The position numbers and the translations under genes were made by a program. From Azolla caroliniana (taxonomy: Eukaryota > Plantae > Polypodiophyta), in contig JBHGNT010000014.1 in the NCBI GenBank assembly GCA_043228905.1, positions 20,522,001-20,586,000 on the forward strand: a stretch of 64,000 nt of DNA, in the 5' to 3' direction. The notes under the pieces were generated by a model. The model worked only from the letters and a program-made list of their open reading frames with translations. It was not told the DNA's origin and did not search any database. Below, in pieces: positions 37,765 through 52,000 of the stretch. How positions within the stretch are numbered: position 1 is the stretch's first letter; each line of letters opens with the position of its first letter.

Positions 37765-38322
37765 AAATTTAATAATGGGTTTTGACACTCTGCTGTTATC
37801 CTATAAATGGAAGTCAAAAGAGAGATGGATGGATTGAAGCAGATTTGATTAAAAAGCAATTCTTCAGGAACTTCAATTGGATCCCATCACACAATGGTTT
37901 GGTATTCAAATCTCATCACATGATTGTTCTTACAGGCTAATATCATTGTCCCATCCATAGCGACCATTATTATGGTTATATAGGTAGCTGGTTCTTACAA
38001 ATTAATATGATTGTCCCACCCATAGGGATCACTTTTGTGGTTCTTTAGATCCATCTCTACTTTTGTGGGTGTTGGTTTTATTCTTCCTTCTTGAAACAGA
38101 ATGGTTTTTATTGGCAAATCTTCGCCATGGAAGTGTGGCAGTAACAATCTCTCTCTCTCTCTCTCTCATGATTTGTACTAAGCAATGTTCTAATGATTTA
38201 TACAAGGGTCAACTCATTTTGCCAATGATTTGCCATTGAAGCTCCCTCCCAACATATTGTCGACATGTGCTTACCAAAGAATCTTCCAGAATTGCTCTTT
38301 ATTGCATTGTTCCAAAACATTA

Positions 38323-38392
38323 GAAAGTGAATCTTGGCGCAACGTTTAAGTTGGTTAGAGGTCTTCCCCCAGTTTTGAATCCTTGTGATTCT
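38323..38392 (+). mobile_element. Possible degenerate tRNA-derived (Au-like) SINE head
   Basis: cttggcgcaacgtttaagttgg resembles an A-box and the Au SINE start as I recall it. It is followed ~30 nt later by gttttgaatcc, a B-box-like sequence. No body or TSD was recognised. Confidence 0.3.
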
Positions 38393-41300
38393 TGCCTTAC
38401 TTTCTAGCTTTCTAGCTCATTCTTGTGACTCCGTGTCAACCATTTCCCCTTGATTATTCAAATATCTTATGCCCATTTCTTTGAGGTGGCATGGCTCGGC
38501 TCCAAATGATGAAGTTAAATTATTTGGAATGATGTTATTACCATTGTGATTTCTTTGTTGGTGGAGACTTGGCTATGTATCACCCATGACAACATCAGGA
38601 CTAGTGGACACCTGTATTTTGTGATCATGGCGAATGTGATGGCCTTTGTATTGATCCTTGGTGGTTTGAGTCATAGAGAAGAACCTAATCACGCTTGTCA
38701 ATGTGACATGTAGAGACATGACCGTATTTAATCATGAGTCTACACCATATGTTTTGTGGCGACAATGTTTGCCCTTAAAACAACTTCCAACTTCTAACAA
38801 ATACTTTCAACTTTAGCTTGCACACCAATGGTCGCAAATTCTTCCATGATAGAGTGGCACATTCAAATGTGCATACACACCAATTTCTATAAACATTTGG
38901 AATATTTGTGTAGATCTCGTGCATGTTTTATGGACAACAAATCTCAACAAATAGAGTATTAGTTGCAATGGTTGCAATAGAGGACTCTTGGAAATTGCCC
39001 ATGATATGTTGCATTGATGGAATAGAGTATGATTGAGGAATATTAACCCACACTACCTTATCTTGAGACTTATACAAAAGCCAATTGGATTAATAATCAA
39101 ACCACTAAAAAATTTGTTGCTAGTAAGAGAATAATGACATAGACCCCATTAACATAGTAAAACTTTTTTTATTGAAAATCAAGCCTCCGAAGAAACTCTA
39201 TAAAGTTCTTAGTGAAGAACATTGCTAAATTTGAGGTTGTGATGTGAAGTTACTATCCAACCGTTTTTCTTATTAATTGATAAAGAATCAGTTGTGAAAA
39301 TTCCCAGCATCGCTTGGAAGGTTTGATATGTATTTGGGTCATTGTATTTATCAACATGTTTTGTTTATTTGGGCTAGCCATATTCGACTAGGTGACTCCC
39401 GAGTGCATGCTCGCAAAGTAATATAATGTAGTGATTTTGCAACCAATAATCTTACAATCCAACAACTTCTAAGAGTGAGCCATGAGATAGCCAAGTCAAT
39501 ATATTATATTATTTACTTGTAGTCTTTATATCTCAATATTGCTTGTGTTATTGCATATAGTTAACCAAGACTTCAATCTTCTTTCTTGTTATGTTAAATA
39601 CTTACGTTTCTATATAGAAATACAATATTTCTTGCATTCAAATTTTGATTACAAGTTTCTGATTTAATGGCATGCATGATAGTTGATTGATATATCTTTA
39701 TTAGACACCATTGAATTATGAGTTGCCACTATGTGCATGACATTTAACTCCTCAAAGTCATAGACATTGCTTATAATTATGAAAAAGAAACATTTTAACC
39801 TAGTATAAGACTCATATTATCATAAAACGTGTAGATAATATATTCGTGTTTTGGTTAAGTGCACGACATGTATGTGGTTATATATCATTGTTGACAAAAG
39901 TTCTCACTTTATAGCATCTAACTTCTCTTCCATAAAACACAATAAATTGCATCAAATAAGTACATTGGAATAGTTAACTTCTAAGAGATTAGATATACAA
40001 CTATTTACACAATACTATTAGATAATATTGAATATCTTGGTATGTTATGCATGAAAAAGGAGCTATGAATGATGAATTAAAGAAATGTTTCAAAGCACAC
40101 TTTAAGGACTATGCAATGTTTGGGTACGATCATCAAGATACATATTAAAGACATTGAAACCACCATGGAACATGATTATGCCCACCATGTTACTTCGTAT
40201 AGAAGCAACATTAGCTATTGTTATGTACATAATGCTCAAGTATGTCTTTCAAGGAAGATCCGAGAAACAATTGCTTGGAAGATTGGTTATGAAAATCTAT
40301 AGGATGTCACTTGTTGACAAATTCGGAATAACAAGCATGCGATAGGGGGTTACAAAACATAACATACTGGGGTAGGTACTCATAAATATGTATTCATGGC
40401 ACATTTTCACAAAGGGGTGTTTTATGCACATTATTCTTGAAAAACCCATACACAAGCTTTGCATGCAATGACTTCCTATACATCTGATTCTCTGAAGTAA
40501 TAATTGAATACATGTAGGGTTTGACAAAGAAGGTTGCACACAATAATTTCCTTTATATTGGACATGACACAAGAATATGCATACGTTTGGAGGACGGGGG
40601 CATAACTCTAGTATTCATAATTGAATTAATAAAGAACTCTTTATTTAACTCTCCATATACGACGGTAATTATGTAATTATGAAATGTAAGGTACATACAC
40701 TTGCACATTGCGTGTACATAGCAAGTCTATACTAACTATTTCAAGTTGACCTTGATTTTTCTGTGGTTGCTACTCCTCAATCGGGGGAAACTTCAACCCA
40801 TCTCATGTTACATATAGTGAGCCTCAATGATTAAGTGATTGTGCATTATTTATTACTATCCTTGTTTGAAAACATAAATTTATGTTGTCATTTCCATCGA
40901 AGCACAACATTGTGAAGTGTGTAATTTACAACATCAATGAACTAGTCATTCAATCAAGGATATGCTTGAATTGTAAGCAAGTATTAAGAGAATGCATGTG
41001 ATGTGTGCAATAATGTGATCATTATGGTGATTTTTTTAAAAACTTTTTGTGAGCTAAGTATCACATATTTAAAAAAAAGGATGTCTTTATATATGCGTAA
41101 TTGCAAACTTTTTGAAGCATATGTCGATAAGTCATATGTTTAACCTTGCATTGCAACATGATATGCCGCATAATTGGAGTTCAAATTGGATCGAACCTTA
41201 ACATGATATGGGAGATATAATAATGTAGCAATTATTGTAGACTTTCCAATGGAAACAAAGTCAAGTGTGTGGGCTTAAAAGAATGGTAAAAGGGATCAAG

Positions 41301-42972
41301 GCTGAGTTGGTTTTTGAAAACACCACAGCACCGTGCATCATCTTGTCATTCTTTGAGTGCTAATGCAAGAAAGATATCTAAAAGGTAAATGGTTATATTT
41401 TGATATGGTGCCCCATAAAAAAAAACATTGGAGACACTTGTATTCTCTCTTATCTATGAGAAGTTGATATTTGTTTGCGGATATGAAGAGAGCATTTCAA
41501 CTTTTTCACTGGGATTTCGTCATTCTGAAAGGATACCCACAGTATATGATGTATGGATTGATGAATTAGTACATATGGTTGTTTAAGCTCGTAAAACAAG
41601 AAGACATCAAAGAAGTTACCATTGGAAATGCAATTTTCATGCTTTTGTTATACGTAGATAATGTGGGGCTTTAAAAAGAACTTTAGAAAATGCTCAAGAG
41701 TTTATGAGTGTATTGTAAACTTTTGCATTCATGGAAAGTTGTGGCAAAAGCTCTATAACAAAGTGTATACTTGCCTCACATAAGTGTTAACCCTTGATGT
41801 TTATTTATATTAGGTGTGACAAGGTCAAGACAAACCTTTATGAAATAAAAAGGGGTTTGGGACATTTGAGAAAGCCAACATTTGACGCAGAAATATTAAC
41901 ATTAGGATTCTCCTAAAATTCTTCAAAGTTGATCATGAAATAACACCAAATGATCATTCATTTTTCTTCTTCTCATCACTATTGTTTTTTATATTCGGTT
42001 CCACCTAGCATAAATTGTAAGGTTTTTTTCTTGATTACGACTTTTTATATTTGATCACCATCTAGCATGAGTTATAAGGTCTTTTCCTGAATCATGACTT
42101 TGTATATTTGATCACCACTTAGCATGAATTGTATGGTTTTCTTATCAGTTGTGTTGCCCACTTTATGGAGGTCCACTTGTCATTATTTTCTTTTCAATAG
42201 TCATTCTCTCGCTTTGCATCCCTTTGTGAAAGTTGAATTTTATTACATGTTCATCACGCTTCCTAAAAAACTAGTCTTGGGCTCCTTGTTGGTAAAATTT
42301 GACAAATAGAAATCAAAGGAAGTTGAATGGTATGAAGGGTAGGCCGCTTTCATTCTTTCTCAAGCCCAATGATACTTTAGCGTTGTCCTTAATTATCAAA
42401 TCTCTTTCAAATTACTCTTACAAAAGTAAATATAATATAAATGGAGCAAATGAAACGATATGACAACATGGACACCACTTAGGATCAACTTTCTTAGACA
42501 ACTCATGTCAAAGAATCTTGGGTGGGCTCTTTATTTATATATATTGGCATGACCACCATATTTTGCTTTCTATTTATATCGTAAATGTTCCACATGCTAA
42601 AAACGTTTTTATGCTTGCATAATGTCATTACTTACAACATTATCTAACATTGCTACAACTGGTGCCCAATTAGATAATTTATTTCTTCAATGTTGTCGGA
42701 AAACATTTTTCATGTTTAAAATTAATTCATAGTAGTTTAATACCTCTAAATCTACTCAATTTCTAGGACGACCTCCTCACAAATGAACCTAAAATTCTAG
42801 ATTCCTAAAAGGCATTGTTTTAGGTAACACATAGATACCTTTTAGTTGAATACATGAAGTTTAGCTTTCAAGTTTCATATGTATGAGCTACAATTTCACA
42901 ATATTCCTTATTTTTCTAATCTTGGACATGGTTCTCAATTGATTAAAAAATGTAAAGGCAGATGTTCAAGTA

Positions 42973-43170
42973 AAATTAGTTAACCAAGCAATTATTCTAT
43001 AGAACCTAATCTTATGTTGATTTGGATGACTTTCCCATTGTGAATCTCGGTACGTCATAACTCATTCCCACAAATTAGTTAACCAAGCAATTACTCTATA
43101 GAACCTAATCTTATGTTGATTTGGATGACTTCCCCATCGTGAATCTCGGTACGTCATAACTCATTCCCAC
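42973..43170. repeat. 99-bp tandem duplication x2 with three C/T differences
   Basis: aaattagttaaccaagcaatta...ggtacgtcataactcattcccac starts at 42973 and 43072. Confidence 0.92.
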
Positions 43171-43576
43171 GAGGAATTACATTGTAGTATGTTTTATGCA
43201 TGTGCACGTTTTTTTGTTTTGATGCTTATTTTAAGGCCACTAGATGTAATGCTAACTAGGCAATATGCTTGAGAGTCTAGGGCCTAGGCCTTTTGTCGTT
43301 AAATGACACATATATTACCTTCTAGCTTACAAAATGCCTAATACCATCCCATAGATGGTTGACACATTCAATTGCTCCTAAAAAGGCAATTCACCTTTCA
43401 AACATGCTCGTTCTTGGCAACATTGTGTAAAGATGATGATACAACAAAATCATAATAATGTGGATGTAACATTCATAATGGTGTTGTGAAAATGCAAATA
43501 ATTTGATTGTCGGTCGCTTTGAAATATGGCTTCATTTCCATTGCCTTCATTGATTACTCATTTTTATAGGTAGCTT

Positions 43577-43885
43577 TAACAATCGATAACGGTTCCGTTT
43601 GAACCGAACAAAACCGCGAAACCGCGGCTTAATGACTTAATGGTTAAAACGTTTTGGTTCAGGTTTTTTTTTAACGGTTCAGTTTCAACTGTTAAAAACC
43701 GCGGTTTAAATGGTTAAACGGGTTTTTTTAATTAAAAAAAAAAGTAAAACAAATTTTTTAAAAAAAGTTTTTAAATAATCTTTTCATTTTCATGCCTTAT
43801 TCTCACATTTTGGGAATTTTTTTAAAATTTGACCTAAGCTGAAAACCAAAACCGAACCACGAAACCGTTAAACCGAACCATTAAA
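43577..43885. mobile_element. AACCG-rich MITE, copy 3, truncated on its right next to LINE tails
   Basis: It begins taacaatcgataacggttcc and shares internal blocks (atcttttcattttt..ccttattctcacattt, tttgacctaag.tgaaaa.caaaaccgaaccacgaaaccg) with copy 2. Confidence 0.78.
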
Positions 43886-43904
43886 AAAAATCCAAACTGT
43901 GAAG

Positions 43905-45900
43905 TTTTCATTTCTATTTCTTTTTATCCAAAAAAAGAAAAGAAAAGAAAGATACTACATTAGTATTATGAAATGCCCTAAGGCTATATGTACATAAAAG
44001 ATGTACCTTTTGTTTTTTAAAATTATTTTTATAAAAGATTTTCTTCAATAGTATTAAGAACAAAACACCCGAAGGCTACAACTTGAACCTAGCTACCAAG
44101 GAGGTTACAACTTTTCCTATACAAGGATGTTTACATTTGTTGATATTCAAGAAAGAGTCCATGGAAGTCGATATTGCCATTGAGGCTCTTGAGTTGACAT
44201 TGTAAAAGGGGCACCCTTTTCCATAAGTGAAGAAGCTTTTTCCTTTTCTTGTTCACAGTATATGGGGAACCCTGCATATTGTCATACTGGCCACGGACTA
44301 CTGCCAGCAAGTTCTCCCATATCTCAAACATCACATCTGAGAGATGAATGTCGATCCCATCATAAAGTCGGTTACATCGATATTTCCATAATGCCCATAA
44401 TGTTATTGTGGTCACAGTTTTCCAATTTTGGACAGATCACACCTACTTGCGAGGTTGCTGGAAGGGACTAACTAATATCAATCTTCTATTATGTATTGTC
44501 ATTGCCTCATGAACATCGTTTGCCTCATACAACATCAAGCCAGAATGTAATACTCCCCACATCGCTGATCCCCATGAGAATAGGCAACCTACATTGATTG
44601 TTAGGAATAAAGAAATAACTTTCTTCCATATTTGTTGAGCAAAAGAACAAGACCATAGGACATGCTTGGTAGTCTCCTGAGGTTCATGGCAAATGCCACA
44701 TTGCCGCAAATTGGGTGCTACATTCCCTTTCAATGAATGACCAACGGGTAGTGCCATATGCACTAATAACCATCGAAAGAGAATAAATTTAGTTAGCCCC
44801 TTGAATGACCATATCCATTTCCAATAGGTTCTCAAATGCAAAGTGGAAACACCCCAATTGGTCCAATGTTTCTGAGCTACTGGTATTGTTACATTCTGAG
44901 AGAGTAGTAATGATCTTCCAAGTTTGATTGAGTACTGAGAGAAGGGGACCTTTCTTTTCCCCCAAGGAGTATGACCAAAGCCAACCCCCCAGATCCCATG
45001 TTAATCTTGTAATAGGATCTTTTGCGTATAACCACATGATATCACACATATGAGCAACTGATGGATAAGGATCAAGGATCCATTTCTTTCCAATTTTACC
45101 AACCACTCTAACTGGTGCACCTCACAAGTCTGGTATATAACTGCAATCAAAGGTATAAGATTGCATTCTATAGTTGTCTAGGACCTCAAAATAAGAAACA
45201 CACCTATTAGGTGAAACACCCTTAACACCCATCAATGTATCATTTGTGAAGCATCCAAACCATAGATGTTCCTGCCTAGGTTGGAAGGTTGTAAAAAATG
45301 AAGAATATGTTGATGATAAGGTGGCTGTCATTATCTTGGAACCATGAACTGATTGTAGATGTGCAAGTCGATCTTCTTGTTTGTTGAAAATGAGTCCAAG
45401 TTCTTACAAATGTAGTTGGCCCATTATCCAATTTACCCAAGCAAGGTGAGTACGCATGCCCAATACTTTTCCTGCATTATCCCCCATCCGTGAAACTAAG
45501 AAGAAGAGGAACTAAAACATTTATATCTGTCTCCATATTGAATTAGGGTTCTACTCTTACAGAATGAAGTAGTCAAGTTATTGATCATTCTATCATGGTG
45601 TGGGGAACTACCTAAGAGGTCACTCATCTCAATATTACCTCTATTCTGGGGCGCATAGTGGTGTTTCCTTACATGTCCAAACATCAAAACATTATGGTGT
45701 TAGGGACCTTTTGTTGAACCCATTTGAAGCCACCATAAAGTATGCCCCTCTAATGCACGGGTTGCTTTATTTAAATGCAAATTACAACCCTTATATTGGG
45801 CTAGAGGCATGGGCACATTCAAGTCCTTCTCAAAACACATACTATGCTTGGTTCAAAAGCATGGGCACATAAATAAGTGGTCAACTATCAAATCATTGCC
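43905..45900 (-). mobile_element. Degenerate L1-like LINE ORF2 3' portion (frameshifted)
   Basis: ORFs 44131-44415, 44443-44841 and 44789-45106 read WLLVHMALPVG...CGICHEPQETTKHVLWSC...LWALWKYRC...VRGQYD and are collinear with the 17362 copy. A-rich tails lie at ~43905-43927 and ~44008-44040. The 5' limit is approximate. Confidence 0.85.
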
Positions 45901-47397
45901 AAATATGTAAATTCCCTCTAGTGGGTGCGAAACAAGCCTCAATATGTAAACAATACAAGCACCATAATGAACTCAATCCTTAATTAACTCGTAGTGCATA
46001 CTCTCCCTTGTAAAAAACTCTCTTGGACATATTTTATGATAGTTGAGAAAGTTGTGATTTCCCGGAACAAATCTGAATTGACATTAAAATCATTCTTGAT
46101 AATGCACAAGTCGTTTTGAATAAGGAGATATTAATGATATGAATACTTTAGAATGATATGTGATGAGTTTGGCAACAAACTGGATATACTTATATTCCAT
46201 TGTGATCGTGCACATTACAATAGCGTAGTAGAACATGTGTGGAGAAGGAAGGAGGGGGTGGTGTAGGGGTCAACATTATATGGTTGATTGTGAGGCCAAC
46301 ACATGCACATGTTTAGAGTATTCATGTACATGGGTGCAATTACAATATCCATGGGGGGATGTGTCATATATATAATTGTTGGAAGGTGAAAAATTTTCAT
46401 ATTCTTTGTTGTGTACATGTGAGTTAGGAAACGAAGATGGTTTCGATCATACTTCCAAATTCACGACGTCCTTAAGTTTACTAGGATATTATTTTATTTT
46501 TAATCCGTAACCTTCTTGCAACCTACTCCCATGTAGTATTGATAACATATTAGGTTCCAATCCCTTACATAAATCCTCCCTCCAAATACTTTGTAGCAAA
46601 CTATCATTAAGGAGTGGTAAGTTGGTGGCTTTCAAAGCTTAAAGAGTTGATCTGTTGTACATAGCGAGAGAAATGCCTCTTATTCGACATAGCTAGACAA
46701 ATTCTTGAGGAGCAATATTCCCACGATGATCTTTGTTGTATATCTTAATAAATGCAATGAGATAAGGCTAATAGTGTGGAGGAGGAAAGTTGTAAAGCAA
46801 CCACGAAAAATATAGAAATCAATGCTTAGACATTACTCATGAGATTTATGCAATATTCAACAATGATTAATGTTTGGGACGACTTGAGAAAGATGATTAG
46901 ATGTCACCATATTCCTCGAGATCTAAAGGAAATTGATCAGAACAATGTTGTGTCAAGGGCAAAAGAGTGTGGGTATATTTTAGCAACCTTCAACATGTTA
47001 TTATAATAACATACTGATGGCCAATATGTTTCACATGTTGTATTGTAAGGCGATGTTGCCACAGTCAAGTTTGTGGAGAATGAATTTATGACCATTTTTA
47101 CATGGTATAATAGCTTATTGATGGTCCCTTCCAAGGCTATACATATTAATTCACAAAGGGGATTTTCTAATGAAATAAAATACGATGGACCCTCAAGCAT
47201 AACTAACTTTTCTCAATTATCCTCTACATCATCATCATCTATTGCTTAGTCTACATTTAAGTTTAAGAACTTGACCATAAAACACGTTGTTATCACAATC
47301 CACAATCAATCATTTGTGGGGTGGGGCCTTTCTGAGTTTTTGCCAAACTCGTAATTCGCGAAAGTTCAACATCAATTATACTCTCAGCACAAGAGAT

Positions 47398-47659
47398 TGG
47401 GCTTTATGAGAACATTTGGAAGATAATGTCAAAGTGTGAGGCGACATGTCTAGAGTGGAACTCAAAGTGTGCAGGTTTGAGCTCAAAAGTGACGTGGACT
47501 AGATGTTGAACCCCGAGGCGGGTGCACATGGGCTTTATGAGAACATTAGGAAGATAATGTCAAAGTGTGAGGCGATATGTCTAGAGTGGAACTCAAAGTG
47601 TGCAAGTTTGAGCTCAAAAATGACGTGGTCTAGTTGTTGAACCCCGAGGCAGGTGCACA
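47398..47659. repeat. 131-bp tandem duplication x2 upstream of the LPP gene; each unit has a TGACGTGG motif
   Basis: tgggctttatgagaacatt...aaccccgaggc(g/a)ggtgcaca starts at 47398 and 47529. Confidence 0.92.
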
Positions 47660-47787
47660 CACACACACACACACACATGAAAAAGCATCGGGAGAGTTTG
47701 TGTGGGGCGGGGGGCATAGCTGAATTCACATTGCATTAGCCAAGTGTAGCACCCTCATGAAAACAAAAGACCGTGCACATCGTTCCA

Positions 47788-47985
47788 AACCACGTGCTCC
47801 TTCGGACCCTTTTCGTCCGGACAAGTGTGAAAGCAGCATGGGCCAAAACCACATTTAGACCGAGCAAAACTATCTTTTTGTCTTCTTATCGTGTGAAAAT
47901 CCAAATAACAAAAGAGAAAGCAAAGTCGGAGGGGAAGGAGAAATCGCTGCCCACGTGCGTCTAATTCAATCCAATTATAAGTAGA
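47788..47985 (+). promoter_or_regulatory. Putative LPP proximal promoter with G-box/ABRE-like elements and a TATA-like box
   Basis: CCACGTGC occurs at ~47790 and ~47951, and TTATAAG at ~47975, about 200 bp before the ATG at 48174. Confidence 0.4.
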
Positions 47986-48173
47986 TCCAATTCCATTCCA
48001 AATCAATTTTCATTCCATTCCATTAATCACAACCCAATTGTATGAAATTGCTTGACATGCTCATCAGAAATAAATAATTATTACATTGATCGTCAGCAAT
48101 ATAAAATTGACATTCAATCTTCAAACCTTACAATCAGCATATTGTAGTGCCTATTTCTGTTAAAACCATCTAT

Positions 48174-49014
48174 ATGGCGCTCAATTATAGTAGCACCAAT
48201 CACTCTGAGGATGGAGCTGGGCGGAACAGGGGATTAGATGACAATAGTTACAGTCAGATTGATCCGCAGGACAATGGTTCGACTGCGGCCAATGATGATA
48301 GTACAGTGAATCATTCGTTCAATTATGTGGATTGGGGGATCCTCATTGCATTGGCGGCCATTGACGCTGGGCTGTATTTCTTCGCCGATCCCTTCAACCG
48401 CTTCGTTAACAAATCCATCCTGGAGACCAATCTCATGTATCCACTCAAAGATGACACAATCCCATTCTGGGTCGTCCCTGTAAGTCACTCACTCACTCTC
48501 ATTCACATCCATCCATACATGTATGTATGATACATATACATACATACATACATACATACATGCATGTATGTATATGTATGTATGATACATACATATACAT
48601 ACATACATACATACATACTAATATTAGGATGTATGTATGTATTACAATTTACTATGTATGTATGGATTTAAGGAATGGTCGATAGATTATTCAAGAAGGT
48701 GTGAGCTGAGCTAAGCTAAGCTCACATACATACATACATACATACATACATACATGATACACGCATTTCTTCACATTCATTGCTCTTCATGCACGCATTC
48801 CTGGACCCTCTCTCACTCACTCTCTCTCTCCCCCCCCCATACATATTCTTGAATATTCTGATTCTAGAATATTCTGATTCTGTGTGTGTATTGTATTATA
48901 TGTATGTATGGGGGGGGGAGCAGATCGTAGCGGCGGTGGTGCCGGCCGGCGTCTTTCTGCTGTGGCCGAACGTGCTACGTCACCATCGCTTTAGCCACGT
49001 CCGAGGTGCCCACT

Positions 49015-49072
<58 letters not shown>

Positions 49073-52000
49073 GATGATGACTGTACACACATTCATATCC
49101 ACGTCGGATATTTGGATGAGCCCTCCCATACTTATGTAATATGTATGTATGATAGATAAGTGATATGTATGTATATGTAATGGTATGGTATGGTATGTAT
49201 GTGTGGATGTACGCATACCCATAATGAGAAATCAAGGGATCACCACCACCACTACAGTCTACAACTACTAGTCTTCTACTACATACATACATACATACAT
49301 ACATGAAATCAAATCAATATGAAGGTAGGCGGATGGCCATGGTCGGTTGGTGCCATGTGGGTCATTTGACCCACAAGGAGGACATTTTTACAAGTCTGGC
49401 CGTGTTCCTAATTGCACCACCCAACCCAACCCACACAGCACCTTTTTTAAGCATTCCCAACTCCACAATAACCATCTTGACATGTGTGTGTATGTACACG
49501 CGCTTTTAATTCATTGGGACTAGGACATCATGTCCTTTCTTGCTTTTGAGCCCATCTCGTATCTTTACGATGTTGTATTTTAAATTGTAATGCAACCTTG
49601 ACATGCTCTATGCATGTTGGTAGTTGTTATGTCGAATATTCGAAGGTCTAAGAATATTACACCCGAATATTTCCATGTATAGCTTGAAACATGAAGTCAA
49701 CTCAAAGAATATGCGTTGCACTTTCAAACAACATATTCACTCGTAATGAATATTCCTATGGCGAAACTAATTGAACGGATTACAAGAAAAAGGTGGTACG
49801 AGTACTCAGGAATATAACAACACATCTAACTCTATCACTACTTGATCGCATGTTTAGGACAATGTACATGTACAAATATAAATAAAGGGTGTAGTTAGAT
49901 ATTGAAAGTAGACCTCAATGTCATCTATACAACTTACAAAAGGCGGTTTTCAAGAACCAAGCCTTTAACTTATCTTATATATAGGGTTTGGTTACAGTGC
50001 ACCCACAAGTTACTATGCCAAAACATTTGCTGAGGTATGTGAATGCCGAAGTGAAGAAATTTAACTAACCTTGAGTAAAGACAATTAAACCATGTGCGGT
50101 CTTAAGGTGATTGAATAGCTCCTACACTTACCTTCTTGCCTTGCGATTTTTTAACTGATGAGTTGGGCTCTACCAACATTGAGAAGTAAGGACCTACCTA
50201 CCTATACAATGGCCCAATATTTGTTTACATAGTGTGCTTTGTGCTTGGCAATTGTTTAAGCATTTGTCTTGAAATGCACCTTATGCATAGACACCCGCAT
50301 ACTCAAGTTTTATTTACATTTATTGACCTCTAGTAGGTGAGTATTTGGTTTGCCACATTGTCTCATATGAGTGGTGTATGGAGCAAAAGAAACCATGAAC
50401 ATTACGCAATGTCCATAATACATACATACGAGACTATGTGCAATGCCAATCGCAATCAATTTAGTATAGAACTTCCACATATGTTGATTGATTATATTTT
50501 CTTTAGTTTGTCCTGTTAGAAGTTGAAAGAGAATAGGGCACATTTGACAAAGTAAAGTTTGGTAGGTCAACCACCAAAATCCATGAAAATTAACCAATTT
50601 AATCGTGAGCTCCAAATTTGTTGAAAGGTTTATAAAGTCACTAATATGCCAAATTTCATGAAAAGATGTATCCTTTCTATATAAATCTATTTCTTTATAT
50701 AATACCCCTTAAACTGATAATATCTTGAAAGGTCATGAGCAATAACAACCATTGAATATCATGAATATATGTGTTATATCTTTACAAGCTGTCAATGTAG
50801 ATTTAGTGTATCCCTTATGTCTACCTCACTTGCTATTCTTCCCTATTTTTCTAACATGTACGCAGGCCTTTACGCCTTTTTGAATAAAGTCTAGGATTTT
50901 GCACTTGGATTCTTGCACAAAGAGCACATTGCTTCATCAAATGTTGGGCTTCCCCAATTTCTTTCTAAAATTTAAGCATTTAGACGGTTTTTATACATTT
51001 AATATTTGTAATGTAATGTTATGTCACTTTTGACTTATTTCATGCATGATAACATTATTTGAATCTTCATCTTGTTTTTATTTTTATTTTTTTTCAAAAC
51101 ATAATATCCTTCCATTAGTTTTAAAGAAAATAAATCATCTACAACACTATGCTTTCCGTAGAGATTGTGTAACTATTGAAGCCAATCTATACCGCAATTC
51201 CTCCATCCATCACAAAATCTAATTTCATTCTAGTATGTACAACCAATTCTTCCTTGTTGCCACATGCTTTCCACATACCAAAAATTGTTATCATATTAGG
51301 TAAGAGGAAACCTTGCACAAGCATTTGAGGATAAAATTGTATACCATCCTCATTCTTATCATGCTCAATATAGCCCAACAACATGACATTCCCTTGTACC
51401 ACATCTCCAATCAGCAATAATTCATCAAAAAGTTCGCAAGCCTCAATTATTGTTCAACAAATACCAACATTAACAACCTTGTATCACATCTGGCAAGATT
51501 TGACCCTCGAGTTACATTTTCTTTAAAGAATCTAGTGCTCTTTCCGCATGACCCGTTTCAACATATCCCGATATCAAAGCATTCCAAGAGACGACATCTC
51601 GAACTGAAATATCATTGACTGTTTTTTGTGCTTTTTAAAGCTCGCCACATATAGCATACATGTCCAACAAAGCATTCCCAAGCTCAATATTGTCTTCTAA
51701 TAGCCTCTTACTCATGATTTCATTGTGACTTTTATGCCTATCAACCACTCCTACACTGCCGCATGCCTTTCAGAAAAGTTACAAAGGTGATTACATCCAG
51801 AGAAAGATCATCATTTTGCATTTGTTCAAAAAGATTCAATTCTACACGGCCAAATCTATACTGGTAATATCCTGAAATTAGTGCATTCTTAGAAATAAAC
51901 CCGAACCGGAAGCCCCTTGAGCATTTTTTGTGTTTTCCTCTATGTAAAGCCCCTTTGCTTGAACAAGCCTTGAATATGCAAATGGAAGTGATTTTATTTG

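Noticed and set aside
38400-42900. Possible MULE/SWIM or hAT transposase remnants (e.g. near 40111-40570 and 42540-42720)
   Set aside because: The similarities are too faint to call without a profile search.
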